A stretch of DNA of 64,000 bases from an uncultured delta proteobacterium (GTDB lineage: Bacteria > Desulfobacterota > WTBG01). This document shows positions 1 to 8,278 of the stretch, one piece after another; within the stretch, counting starts at the first letter, position 1; each line of letters opens with the position of its first letter. A program made the position numbers and the translations under genes. The stretch is taken from NCBI GenBank assembly GCA_963793865.1, contig CAWCBP010000008.1:64001-128000 (forward strand), given 5' to 3'. The notes under the pieces were generated by a model that saw nothing but the letters and a program-made list of their open reading frames with translations, made no database searches and was not told the DNA's origin.

Positions 1-1257
1 CGTGACGCGCAGGTACGGATGATAGTCACCAGCAGCCAGCATCCTTCGTACCGCGCTTTTTCATCAGCCGAGGGCATTGAAGCGGTGGTGGTAACCGGGG
101 GAGAGGAGGGTGATGGGTCTATTTCCTATGAGGAAATCATGGCCGACGCAACCCTGTCGGCAGCCATACGGGTTGATATAGCAGAGGAGGAAGACGCCCT
201 TTATCTCTATACCTCGGGAACTACCGGCAAGCCGAAGGGCGTGGTGCTCAATTTCGCCAATCTTGATCTTTTCCCCGAAGCCATGGGTGAGATTCTGAAA
301 ATGTCCTCTGATGTGGTCATGGGCTGCCTGCTTCCCATGTCCCACATAACCGGGCCGATTCTTTGCAATGAATTGCTGGTACGGGGAAGCACCCTTTTTA
401 TTTTTGACCAGTTGCGGCCGGATAAAATACTTGCCGCGGTGGAAAAATACCGGGTGTATTTTTTCCACAGCGTTCCACCGATCTTTGAGGCGCTTATCAA
501 TGTTCCCCACCGGGACCGGTTTGATGTCAGCAGCCTTCAGTTTGTGGCCATGATGGGCACTTCCGTTCCCCTGCCGCTGATTCTGAACTTCAGGCGGGTT
601 TTCCCCTCGGTGGCCGTTATCCAGGGATACGGCCTTACCGAAACATCCCCGTTTATTACCCTGCTGCCGATAGAATATCATGAGAAGAAGATGGGCAGCA
701 TCGGCCGGGCGGTGCCGCACGCGGAGATACGGATCATCGATGAAAGCGGCAAGGAGGTGCCTGAGGGGGAAGCCGGTGAGCTGATCGTGCGGGGGCCCAT
801 GCTGATGAAAGGATATCATGGCAACGCCCAGGCAACCCGTGAGCGCATTAAAAACGGCTGGCTTTATACCGGTGATATATGCAGAAAAGATGCGGACGGC
901 TTTTACTATCACCTCGGCCGCAAGGACGATATGATTATTGTCGGCGGCTTGAATGTGTACCCTGAGGAAGTTGAGCAGGTCCTCACCGCGCATCCCGGCG
1001 TGAAAGAAGTGGGGGTCGTGGGTATGCCGGACAGTGACCGGGGGCAGGTCATCAAGGCGGTTCTGGTGGTGAAACCGGGGAGCTCGCTTACCAAAAAGGA
1101 AGTAACCGCCTATTGCAATCAGAGGCTGGCCAGCTTTAAGGTTCCCAGGGTCATTGAATTTGCCGATGAGCTTCCCAAAAGCAGCACCGGCAAGGTTGCG
1201 CGACGATTGCTCATATCCATCGGCAGCGAACCTGAGCGCCACAGTGTTCCATCATGA
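1..1257 (+). CDS. AMP-dependent acyl-CoA synthetase / long-chain fatty acid-CoA ligase (5' end probably outside window)
   Basis: YTSGTTGKPKG P-loop, GYGLTE, TGD, GRKDD and LPKSSTGK motifs; frame is open from base 1. Confidence 0.92.
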   Translation, partial: RDAQVRMIVTSSQHPSYRAFSSAEGIEAVVVTGGEEGDGSISYEEIMADATLSAAIRVDIAEEEDALYLYTSGTTGKPKGVVLNFANLDLFPEAMGEILKMSSDVVMGCLLPMSHITGPILCNELLVRGSTLFIFDQLRPDKILAAVEKYRVYFFHSVPPIFEALINVPHRDRFDVSSLQFVAMMGTSVPLPLILNFRRVFPSVAVIQGYGLTETSPFITLLPIEYHEKKMGSIGRAVPHAEIRIIDESGKEVPEGEAGELIVRGPMLMKGYHGNAQATRERIKNGWLYTGDICRKDADGFYYHLGRKDDMIIVGGLNVYPEEVEQVLTAHPGVKEVGVVGMPDSDRGQVIKAVLVVKPGSSLTKKEVTAYCNQRLASFKVPRVIEFADELPKSSTGKVARRLLISIGSEPERHSVPS

Positions 1258-2009
1258 AGAAAATACCTTTTACTGAGATAAGGGGAAGCATAGCGGAGTA
1301 CGTACGATTTGCCACCAGCCCCTCTCGACCCTTCTTCAGCACGGAGATACATGCGATCGAGCTGGAGCGGTATCGTGCCGGGCATGAGGGCATCACCTAC
1401 ACGCCGCTCCTGATGAAGATCATCGCGGCGGCTTCCCGGAAATATCCGTTGATGAATGCCATCCGGGCGCGGGGTTTTTTTAAGGATACCATTGTTGTCC
1501 CCGATGAGGTGGATATCTGTTTTGCCATGGAGAAGACCTACGGGGGAGAAACCTTTGTCGCCATACCTGTCATTCGTGACGTGGGGGCCAAGTCCATCGA
1601 AGCCATTGCCTCTGAAATCGTGATGCTGTCCCGGCTTTCTTATGAAGAAATGCCCGGCATCGATATGGTCTTCAAGTTCCACGGCCTTCCCTATTGCCTT
1701 AAGTATGCATGCCTCCGGCTCATCTGCCGTTCTCCCCGTCACTTTAAGAACTTCTTCGGCACCATAGGATTCAGCAATCTGGGCAGATTCGGTGTCCAGA
1801 TTGCCTCCCCCACCTGGATCAATGCGGTTACATTTGTCATCGGTTCGGTTACGGAAAAGGCAGGAGTAGTCGATGGTGCAATCGGAAGAATGCCACTGCT
1901 CCATATTACCATGAGCTTTGACCACGCCATTTTTGACGGCGCGGAGGCGGGTCGGATACTCAGCGAGGTAAGGGATATTATTGAAAAGGGAAGTTACGAG
2001 TCCCTCTAG
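1254..2009 (+). CDS. Stand-alone 2-oxoacid dehydrogenase E2 / CAT-like acyltransferase catalytic domain
   Basis: GTIGFSNLG and SFDHAIFDG (HxxxDG) motifs; no lipoyl domain; ATGA overlap with the ligase. Confidence 0.8.
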   Translation: MKKIPFTEIRGSIAEYVRFATSPSRPFFSTEIHAIELERYRAGHEGITYTPLLMKIIAAASRKYPLMNAIRARGFFKDTIVVPDEVDICFAMEKTYGGETFVAIPVIRDVGAKSIEAIASEIVMLSRLSYEEMPGIDMVFKFHGLPYCLKYACLRLICRSPRHFKNFFGTIGFSNLGRFGVQIASPTWINAVTFVIGSVTEKAGVVDGAIGRMPLLHITMSFDHAIFDGAEAGRILSEVRDIIEKGSYESL

Positions 2010-2029
2010 CAAACATTAAAAGGTGTGCC

Positions 2030-3058
2030 ATGCGCGTTGCCATGTATTACAGCAATCGGGATATTCGTGTCGAAGAGATGCCGGCGCCGGAACCAGGACC
2101 AGGAGAACTCCTGGTGAAGGTGTGGGCAAGCGGCATCTGCGGCAGCGATGTGATGGAATGGTACCGGATTCACAAGGCGCCTTTAGTGCTTGGTCATGAA
2201 ATCGCGGGGGAGATTGCCGGGGTCGGGCAAGGGGTAAAGGGATTCGCACCGGGAGACCGCATTTCCGCTTCCCATCACGTTCCCTGCAATACCTGCTACT
2301 ATTGTCTCGGGGGTCACGACACCGCCTGTGAAACCCTTCACACCACCAATTTTTATCCCGGCGGGTTTGCCGAGTTCGTGAGGCTGCCGGCACTCAATGT
2401 GGACCGGGGTGTATACCGTCTGCCCGATTCGGTTTCCTATGAGGATGCCACATTTATTGAGCCGCTTGCCTGCGTGGTGCGGGCCCAGCGTCGTGCCCGT
2501 GTTGAGCCGGGAAAAACTGTTCTTGTTCTGGGGAGCGGCATCAGCGGGTTGCTGCACATTCATCTGGCCCGGGCCCTTGGCGCGGCCAGGATAGTTGCGA
2601 CTGACATTGATACATACCGTCTGGATGCTGCGCGGCGGTTTGGCGCTGACCATGCTATTTCGGCCAATGAGGACGTTTCAGCGCGGCTGAAAGAGATAAA
2701 TGATGGCAGGCTTGCTGACTGTGTTATCGTCTGCACGGGAGCTGTCCCGGCATTGCAGCAGGCGCTTGCGTCGGCGGATCGGGGCGGGACAGTGCTGTTC
2801 TTTGCCCCCACTGACCGGGACGTTACCATCCCGCTTTCCATAAACCAGGTTTTCTGGAGGAATGATGTCACCCTCACCACCTCCTATGCCGGTGATCGCG
2901 CGGACCATCTGACCGCTTTGAAACTAATTCAGACACAGCGGGTACACGTCGCTGACATGATTACCCATCGCCTGAGCCTTTCAGAAACGGTGCGTGGATT
3001 TGAACTGGTCGCGCAGGGCCGCAATTCCATAAAGGTGGTAATTGAACCACAGCGGTAG
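2030..3058 (+). CDS. Zn-dependent (MDR) alcohol/polyol dehydrogenase
   Basis: GICGSD, GHE, CxxCxxC-x7-C structural Zn site, GSGISG Rossmann motif. Confidence 0.92.
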   Translation: MRVAMYYSNRDIRVEEMPAPEPGPGELLVKVWASGICGSDVMEWYRIHKAPLVLGHEIAGEIAGVGQGVKGFAPGDRISASHHVPCNTCYYCLGGHDTACETLHTTNFYPGGFAEFVRLPALNVDRGVYRLPDSVSYEDATFIEPLACVVRAQRRARVEPGKTVLVLGSGISGLLHIHLARALGAARIVATDIDTYRLDAARRFGADHAISANEDVSARLKEINDGRLADCVIVCTGAVPALQQALASADRGGTVLFFAPTDRDVTIPLSINQVFWRNDVTLTTSYAGDRADHLTALKLIQTQRVHVADMITHRLSLSETVRGFELVAQGRNSIKVVIEPQR

Positions 3059-3171
3059 GGGCGATTGGGATGTGGGATATGGGATGGATCTCGGATGAGA
3101 CGAATCGAAGCACGAAATTCAGGAGACAGAATTCAAATGGCCAAAATTCAAAAGGAGACAAACGTAAATCG

Positions 3172-3196
3172 GTAGGAGCGGCTTTGAGCCGCGAAT
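3172..3196 (+). repeat. GTAG-type REP palindrome
   Basis: GTAGGAGCGGCTTTGAGCCGCGAAT; related copies at 7285, 42674, 48479, 53663 and 56240. Confidence 0.8.
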
Positions 3197-3427
3197 GATA
3201 AGACAGGGGTCAGGAGCAGTGGTTCTCCATAACTCCAGTACTCACAATACTCCAATGATCCTTGCATCGCACATCTCAGATCACAGGTCCTGTATCCTGC
3301 ATCATGAATCATTTGTTGTGCAACGTGCAAACCTGCAACCTGTAACTTGCAACTGCAGCTTGAATCCTGTATCTTGTATCATGCATCGTTTGCTGTATAA
3401 CCTGTAACCTGCAAGGAGGCTACCATA

Positions 3428-4246
3428 ATGGATTGGGGAATGCAGAATCGTTTATCACAGATAATTAAACCGGAGTCCGGCCACACCGTCATGCTGGCCG
3501 TTGATCATGGCTATTTCCAGGGGCCGACCAGCGGTCTGGAGGAACCGGGAAAAACCATAGCGCCGCTTCTTCCTCTTGCCGATGCTTTGATGCCCACCCG
3601 GGGTGTGCTTCGTGAATGTGTGGACCCGCACACCGGAACCGCCATTGTGCTCAGGGTATCGGGGGGCAACAGCATGGCCCGTTCCGATGAACTTTCTGAT
3701 GAGGTTATTACCACCTCGGTGGAAGACGCAGTCCGCCTTAACGTTGCCGCGGTGGCGGTATCCATCTATGTCGGATCTCCCCACCAGAAGCAGACCCTGC
3801 AGAATCTCTCGGACGTGGTCAATGAGGCTATGCGCTATGCCATGCCGGTCCTGGCAGTGACCGCGGTGGGAAAGGATATGGTTCGTGACAACAGGTACCT
3901 GGGTTTAAGCTGCAGGATAGCCGCCGAGCTTGGCGCATCCATGGTTAAAACGTACTACTGCGAAGGGTTTGATGAAGTGGTAAGGGGATGCCCGGTTCCC
4001 ATCGTTATGGCGGGTGGAAAGAAGCTTCCGGAAAAGGATGCGCTGACCCTTACCTACCAGGCCATGCAGGGGGGCGCCAAGGGAGTGGACATGGGCAGGA
4101 ATATCTTCCGCTCGGATGATCCGGTTGCCATGATCAAGGCGGTACGGGCCATCGTGCATGAGAATGCCTCGGTAAGTGAGGCGTACGCGCAGTTTCAGCA
4201 GGAGTCGGGCAAGACGAAGCAGAAAGGATCCCGCGCGAAAAAATAG
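3428..4246 (+). CDS. lsrF: LsrF-type class I aldolase/thiolase
   Basis: MDWGMQNRL start, MLAVDHGYFQGPTSGLE, VKTYY, AGGKK, GVDMGRNIF. Confidence 0.88.
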   Translation: MDWGMQNRLSQIIKPESGHTVMLAVDHGYFQGPTSGLEEPGKTIAPLLPLADALMPTRGVLRECVDPHTGTAIVLRVSGGNSMARSDELSDEVITTSVEDAVRLNVAAVAVSIYVGSPHQKQTLQNLSDVVNEAMRYAMPVLAVTAVGKDMVRDNRYLGLSCRIAAELGASMVKTYYCEGFDEVVRGCPVPIVMAGGKKLPEKDALTLTYQAMQGGAKGVDMGRNIFRSDDPVAMIKAVRAIVHENASVSEAYAQFQQESGKTKQKGSRAKK

Positions 4247-4284
4247 GGGTTACTTGTTATTAATGTGAACATAAATTCAGGATA

Positions 4285-4324
4285 CCCCCTCACCCTAACC
4301 CTCTCCCCCGGTGGGGAGAGGGAA
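4285..4324. repeat. CCCTCACCCTAACCCTCTCCC...GGGAGAGGG palindromic repeat (BoxC-like)
   Basis: CCCCCTCACCCTAACCCTCTCCCCCGGTGGGGAGAGGG hairpin. Confidence 0.65.
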
Positions 4325-4375
4325 ACCTGTGGTTTGTGACCCAATGGGGCAGGGGGAATTAGAAAATAAAACATA

Positions 4376-4438
4376 TGGAGGGACGCACTCCGTTGCGTCC
4401 GCCTATAATAAACGGCCACGACAGAGCGTGGCCCTCCA
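4376..4438. repeat. Inverted pair of GGAG-type REP-like hairpins
   Basis: TGGAGGGACGCACTCCGTTGCGTCC ... GGCCACGACAGAGCGTGGCCCTCCA. Confidence 0.55.
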
Positions 4439-4473
4439 TTTCTCTTTCTGTTGCTGCTTTACGAACAGAGCAT

Positions 4474-4511
4474 GGGATTGCTTCGTCGGCTTCGCGCCTC
4501 CTCGCAACGAC
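4474..4511. repeat. GATTGCTTCG...CTCGCAA(T/C)GAC palindromic repeat, single unit
   Basis: Matches the units inside the elements at 48569 and 61376. Confidence 0.65.
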
Positions 4512-4526
4512 GTTGTAAAACGTTAC

Positions 4527-4871
4527 CTACTCGGCATCCCCGCTCCCTGAGTTCTTCTTTTTTTCCATAGCTTCTTCAACCACCTGCTCGACATCGTCTC
4601 CCAGGTCTTCCCCCATTTCTTTGCTCATCTTTTTCATCCACCGGGCAACGCTTTGCGGGTCATTTTCATCAAAGCCTGAGAGCTTCGAAGGATCGGCGAG
4701 CGACTCCAGGCGGCTCTCATCCGATTTCATGACCCGCACCCGCGATATGAGGCGGTCCAGTTCCCGGCTTTGACAGTGGGGACAGCAGACGGTTTCAGCG
4801 CTTCCGGTGGTGAGATGAATGTGCTCAAATTTTTTCCGGCACTGCCGGCAGCGGTATTCATAGATGGGCAT
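4527..4871 (-). CDS. FmdB family zinc-ribbon protein
   Basis: MPIYEYRCRQC...CPHC motif. Confidence 0.88.
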   Translation of the reverse strand: MPIYEYRCRQCRKKFEHIHLTTGSAETVCCPHCQSRELDRLISRVRVMKSDESRLESLADPSKLSGFDENDPQSVARWMKKMSKEMGEDLGDDVEQVVEEAMEKKKNSGSGDAE

Positions 4872-4907
4872 GGACGGACACCTCTTTTGCATTCGAATAT
4901 TGGGGGT

Positions 4908-5444
4908 TCATCTCTTTCTCTTGTACAGTCCGATAATCTCGGCGGAGGCGAGCTGGTTTTCCTTGACCTTTTTCAGGAAATCCTTTTTGCTCACGGCCCC
5001 CAGGTCACTCACCTTTAAGGCATGGATGGTGAAAAAGTAGCGGTGTGTTCCCGAGGGCGGGCAGGGGCCGCCGTACGGCTTTTTACCGAAATCATTTGCC
5101 ACCTCCTGCGCCCCCGCCGGCAGCGGCCCCCCCTGCGGCAATTCAGATGCGTTTGCGGGAATATTGTAGATGAGCCAGTGGATGAAGTCCCCCATGGGGG
5201 CATCGGGGTCAATGCAGGTGAGGGCAAAACTTTTAGTGCCTTCCGGCGCTCCTGACCAGGCGAGGTGCGGAGAGATGTCTTTACCGTCACAAGTATGGAT
5301 GGACGGTATGGGCTGATTGTGTTGAAAGTCTTTGCTGGTAATATCCATGGCGTACCCTCCGCTGATACAGAAAAGGGTGATCATGAAAGCGTTGATGAAG
5401 CAGAAGCAATGCTTCCTTGGACTGACAGCACTCCTTTTGTTCAT
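4908..5444 (-). CDS. YbhB/YbcL (PEBP, Raf kinase inhibitor-like) protein with a probable signal peptide
   Basis: DPDAP, FIHW, YGGPCPP, HRY motifs; GGAGG RBS before ATG at 5444. Confidence 0.9.
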   Translation of the reverse strand: MNKRSAVSPRKHCFCFINAFMITLFCISGGYAMDITSKDFQHNQPIPSIHTCDGKDISPHLAWSGAPEGTKSFALTCIDPDAPMGDFIHWLIYNIPANASELPQGGPLPAGAQEVANDFGKKPYGGPCPPSGTHRYFFTIHALKVSDLGAVSKKDFLKKVKENQLASAEIIGLYKRKR

Positions 5445-5487
5445 GTGATCCCTCCTTTGCCCGCGGTGAGCAGGAGCCGCTCTCTCA

Positions 5488-6036
5488 TTACTTCCTTGAC
5501 CAGGTAACGTGGTACACGCCGGCGCGCAGGTCGCCGTAATTGATCTTGTCGGGGGCAATTTCAATGACCCGGTAATTAAACTCGGCGGGGAGTTTCTTCA
5601 TCCCGATTTTTCTCATGGTCTCCATCGCTTTCATCTTTTTCAGCGCATCCTTGAATCGCCGCGGATTGGTCTTCATGCTGTAGACTTTCGCCTTTCCCCA
5701 TGCCTGCACTCCCCGCGATCCCCAGAAATCTTTATTGGAATCATAGGGCGCGGCGATGGAGAATGACACCTTCTTGTTCACCTTGAGGTTGTTGAACTTC
5801 CCTCCGCCTTCCGAGAGGATGTAAAAGGTGAGACCGTGCAGGCGGTATTCAAGGGGTGTTGCGCGGGGGACGTCGTCTTTACAGGTGCAGAGGTGCAGCA
5901 CATGCTGCTCTTTGAGGAATTTGAGCAGAACAGCCTCAAATGCCTTTGCCGAGGCAAACTTCCTGAGTTTAATGTTATCTTTTTGCAACAAGCTAAGAAA
6001 ACTGGATGGGAATATGGGTTGCCGTATACGTGCCAT
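5488..6036 (-). CDS. Pyridoxamine 5'-phosphate oxidase-like FMN split-barrel protein
   Basis: LCTCKDDVPRATPL...K..NLKVNKKVSFSI pattern. Confidence 0.7.
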   Translation of the reverse strand: MARIRQPIFPSSFLSLLQKDNIKLRKFASAKAFEAVLLKFLKEQHVLHLCTCKDDVPRATPLEYRLHGLTFYILSEGGGKFNNLKVNKKVSFSIAAPYDSNKDFWGSRGVQAWGKAKVYSMKTNPRRFKDALKKMKAMETMRKIGMKKLPAEFNYRVIEIAPDKINYGDLRAGVYHVTWSRK

Positions 6037-6072
6037 GAGATACCTCCTTTGAGTTAGAAATTATCACAATGA

Positions 6073-6360
6073 TTAATGGATCAGCGAGGGGTCCTTCGGT
6101 TCCGGGGCTTCCTGAATAATCCCGAAGGTTTTTTCATACCGTTCCAGGCTCGACTTTAAAGCCCTTACAACCCGCTTGAGATGCCCCGGACTGATGATAA
6201 CCCGGGCATTCACAATGCCCTGAGGCGGAAACGCGTTTACAAAGTCGAGAATGAACTCCTCCCGGGTGTGGGCAATAAACATGTTGTTCGCGTAAACGCC
6301 CCTTAAAACCTCATCCGTGAATTTTACCTTCATTTTAATTTGTTTTTCCTGATCAGCCAT
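6073..6360 (-). CDS. DUF3467 family protein
   Basis: GVYANN..I.HTREEFILDF...ARVIISPGHLKR...YEKTFG; GGAGG RBS. Confidence 0.8.
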   Translation of the reverse strand: MADQEKQIKMKVKFTDEVLRGVYANNMFIAHTREEFILDFVNAFPPQGIVNARVIISPGHLKRVVRALKSSLERYEKTFGIIQEAPEPKDPSLIH

Positions 6361-6392
6361 TATTACCTCCAGGGTACAGGGGTTCCTCCCTC

Positions 6393-7280
6393 TTAGGGTT
6401 CCATGACGATGCGGAATCCGCGGGGATGACTTGGAACGACGGGAAATATAAATCCGCGAAAGGCGCAGCGCATGGTGTTTGCATCGTTGGACCATGATCC
6501 GCCCCGTATCGATCGGTCTATTCCGGAGGTTGCACCTGTGGGATTGCCGGCAGGGGAGCTTTTGTAATAGTCCGGATCAAACCAGTCCAGGCACCACTCC
6601 CAGACATTCCCTGCCATATCGTACAAGCCGTAACCGTTGGGCGGAAAACTGCCGACCGGCGCGGGATAGGCAAAGCCATCATCGATGCTTTTGTCGCTCC
6701 AGGGGAGATCGGTTTGTATGTCGGCAAAATTGCACTGGCTTCCGTCGGGAGGATCATCTCCCCAGGGATATTTTTTCCCTTCAAGCCCCCCGCGGGCCGC
6801 CTTCTCCCACTCGGCCTCGGTGGGAAGACGGTAGATTTTCCCTTCCTTCGCGGAGAGCCAGCGGCAGAACGCTTCGGCATCAGGCCAGTTTATGAACACG
6901 ACGGGATGCTTGTCTGAGGGTGCGTAGTCCTTGAGCAGCGCCCACTTATCCCATTTGTGGCCTGTTTCTTCCACAAAAGTTCTCCACTGTCCTACCGTTA
7001 CCTCTGTTTCGCCAATGTAGAAGGGATCCAGATACACCTCATGGACAGGGCCTTCGGAATCAAATCTGCCTTCTTCCGTTGACGGACTGCCCATCAAGAA
7101 ATTCCCGCCCGGGATCAATATGAGTTTTATGCCTATGGAGTTGGTAACAGTGGAAGGGTCTGTGTGCTGTGTAAAACAGCCCCCGGGTGAGAGCAGAAGT
7201 AAGAATGAGAGCGTCCATCGCGCTGCTGCTATAATCATTGATAGGCGTGCCGGCGGATAATATCTTTCAGATATGTTCAT
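6393..7280 (-). CDS. FGE-sulfatase (SUMF1) fold protein, probably exported
   Basis: FLMGS, EVT, RLPTEAEWEKAARGG, NGYGLYDMAGNVWEW, RGGSW, GFR. Confidence 0.9.
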   Translation of the reverse strand: MNISERYYPPARLSMIIAAARWTLSFLLLLSPGGCFTQHTDPSTVTNSIGIKLILIPGGNFLMGSPSTEEGRFDSEGPVHEVYLDPFYIGETEVTVGQWRTFVEETGHKWDKWALLKDYAPSDKHPVVFINWPDAEAFCRWLSAKEGKIYRLPTEAEWEKAARGGLEGKKYPWGDDPPDGSQCNFADIQTDLPWSDKSIDDGFAYPAPVGSFPPNGYGLYDMAGNVWEWCLDWFDPDYYKSSPAGNPTGATSGIDRSIRGGSWSNDANTMRCAFRGFIFPVVPSHPRGFRIVMEP

Positions 7281-7447
7281 GGCGGCAGGAGCAGCTTCAG
7301 CCGCGATCTCAGTGAGCAGGCAGAGGATCCCACCACATCACTTGCCTGTGAATAATATTAAAAAAGGGGAGATATGTAAAGCTGTAAAAAGTTGTTGCCG
7401 GGAGGAACCTGAATAACCCCGGTCTCAATGCTCAACCCGACTTGTGC

Positions 7448-7476
7448 TTGACAGGGGGAATATCCTTACCTATACT
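7448..7476 (+). promoter_or_regulatory. sigma70-type promoter
   Basis: TTGACA-17 nt-TATACT upstream of the CDS at 7520. Confidence 0.7.
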
Positions 7477-7519
7477 TGCTCCGAGTTAAACGAGGGTCAT
7501 TCTACATGGAGGAAAGGAA

Positions 7520-7981
7520 ATGAAACATATACTGCGGCGCTGTTTTTTTAAGTCAATGGTGGTGTTGCTGATCTCTCTTCTGATTTCATCGGGATGTGCG
7601 TACCTGAGAGGCAACGGGAGCGAGTCGGAGGAAACAGTGGTAACGGGGGAGGAGACCGAGTCCGGATCTCTTTATTATGATTTCGGGGATGTGCCCATTC
7701 ACTCAAAACTCAAGGTGGTTAAGAAGCGATCCTTTGTGTATCATGTTCCCGGATATACGGCAGGTGTGCTCGGTCTATCAGGGCGGATCGATTCCGATAC
7801 GCTTGAAGAGTTCTTTAAGAAAAGCATGCCCAAGGACAACTGGAAGCTGGTATGTTCCTTCAAATCCCCGCGCAGCGTCCTGTTTTTCACCAAGGAGAAA
7901 AAAAGCTGCATCATCAACATGACCGAGAAACGCTTCAAAACCGAGGTGGAGATCTGGGTGGCTCCGAATATCGAGGAGTAA
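7520..7981 (+). CDS. Putative lipoprotein
   Basis: Signal peptide with lipobox-like ISSGC; strong RBS. Confidence 0.7.
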   Translation: MKHILRRCFFKSMVVLLISLLISSGCAYLRGNGSESEETVVTGEETESGSLYYDFGDVPIHSKLKVVKKRSFVYHVPGYTAGVLGLSGRIDSDTLEEFFKKSMPKDNWKLVCSFKSPRSVLFFTKEKKSCIINMTEKRFKTEVEIWVAPNIEE

Positions 7982-8019
7982 TGTTGAGAGAACTGCTCAC
8001 TTGACCGCACTATAAAACA

Positions 8020-8054
8020 ACAATCCCCGGTGACTGCTTCCGGGGATTGTTTTG
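8020..8054 (+). terminator. Rho-independent terminator
   Basis: ACAATCCCCGG/CCGGGGATTGT stem followed by T tract. Confidence 0.75.
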
Positions 8055-8278
8055 TCCGCAACCGTCAAACTTTGCGTCTCAAAATGCGGAAATAGGATTT
8101 TAGCTGCAAAAGTTCTTGCTTTTTCAGCATATTTATGATTTAATATACTATAAGCGACATTATTTATTAGTTAATGAGCTTTATCTATTGAACTAAAGAA
8201 ATATTTTAGGAATAATCAAATATTAAAGCAAGCTCAAAGGTTATAGCGAGGGAAAAAAAATGAAGAGAATCCTTCCTA

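Noticed and set aside
64..2012. Long antisense ORFs (64-1242, 1119-2012; also 21176-22045, 48847-49833, 52098-52841, 60654-61541)
   Set aside because: Shadows of well-supported genes on the opposite strand, with no recognisable motifs.
6393..7280. Active formylglycine-generating enzyme maturing the AlkP proteins
   Set aside because: Lacks the catalytic two-Cys motif after RGGS, and the AlkP proteins lack the sulfatase (C/S)xPxR motif.
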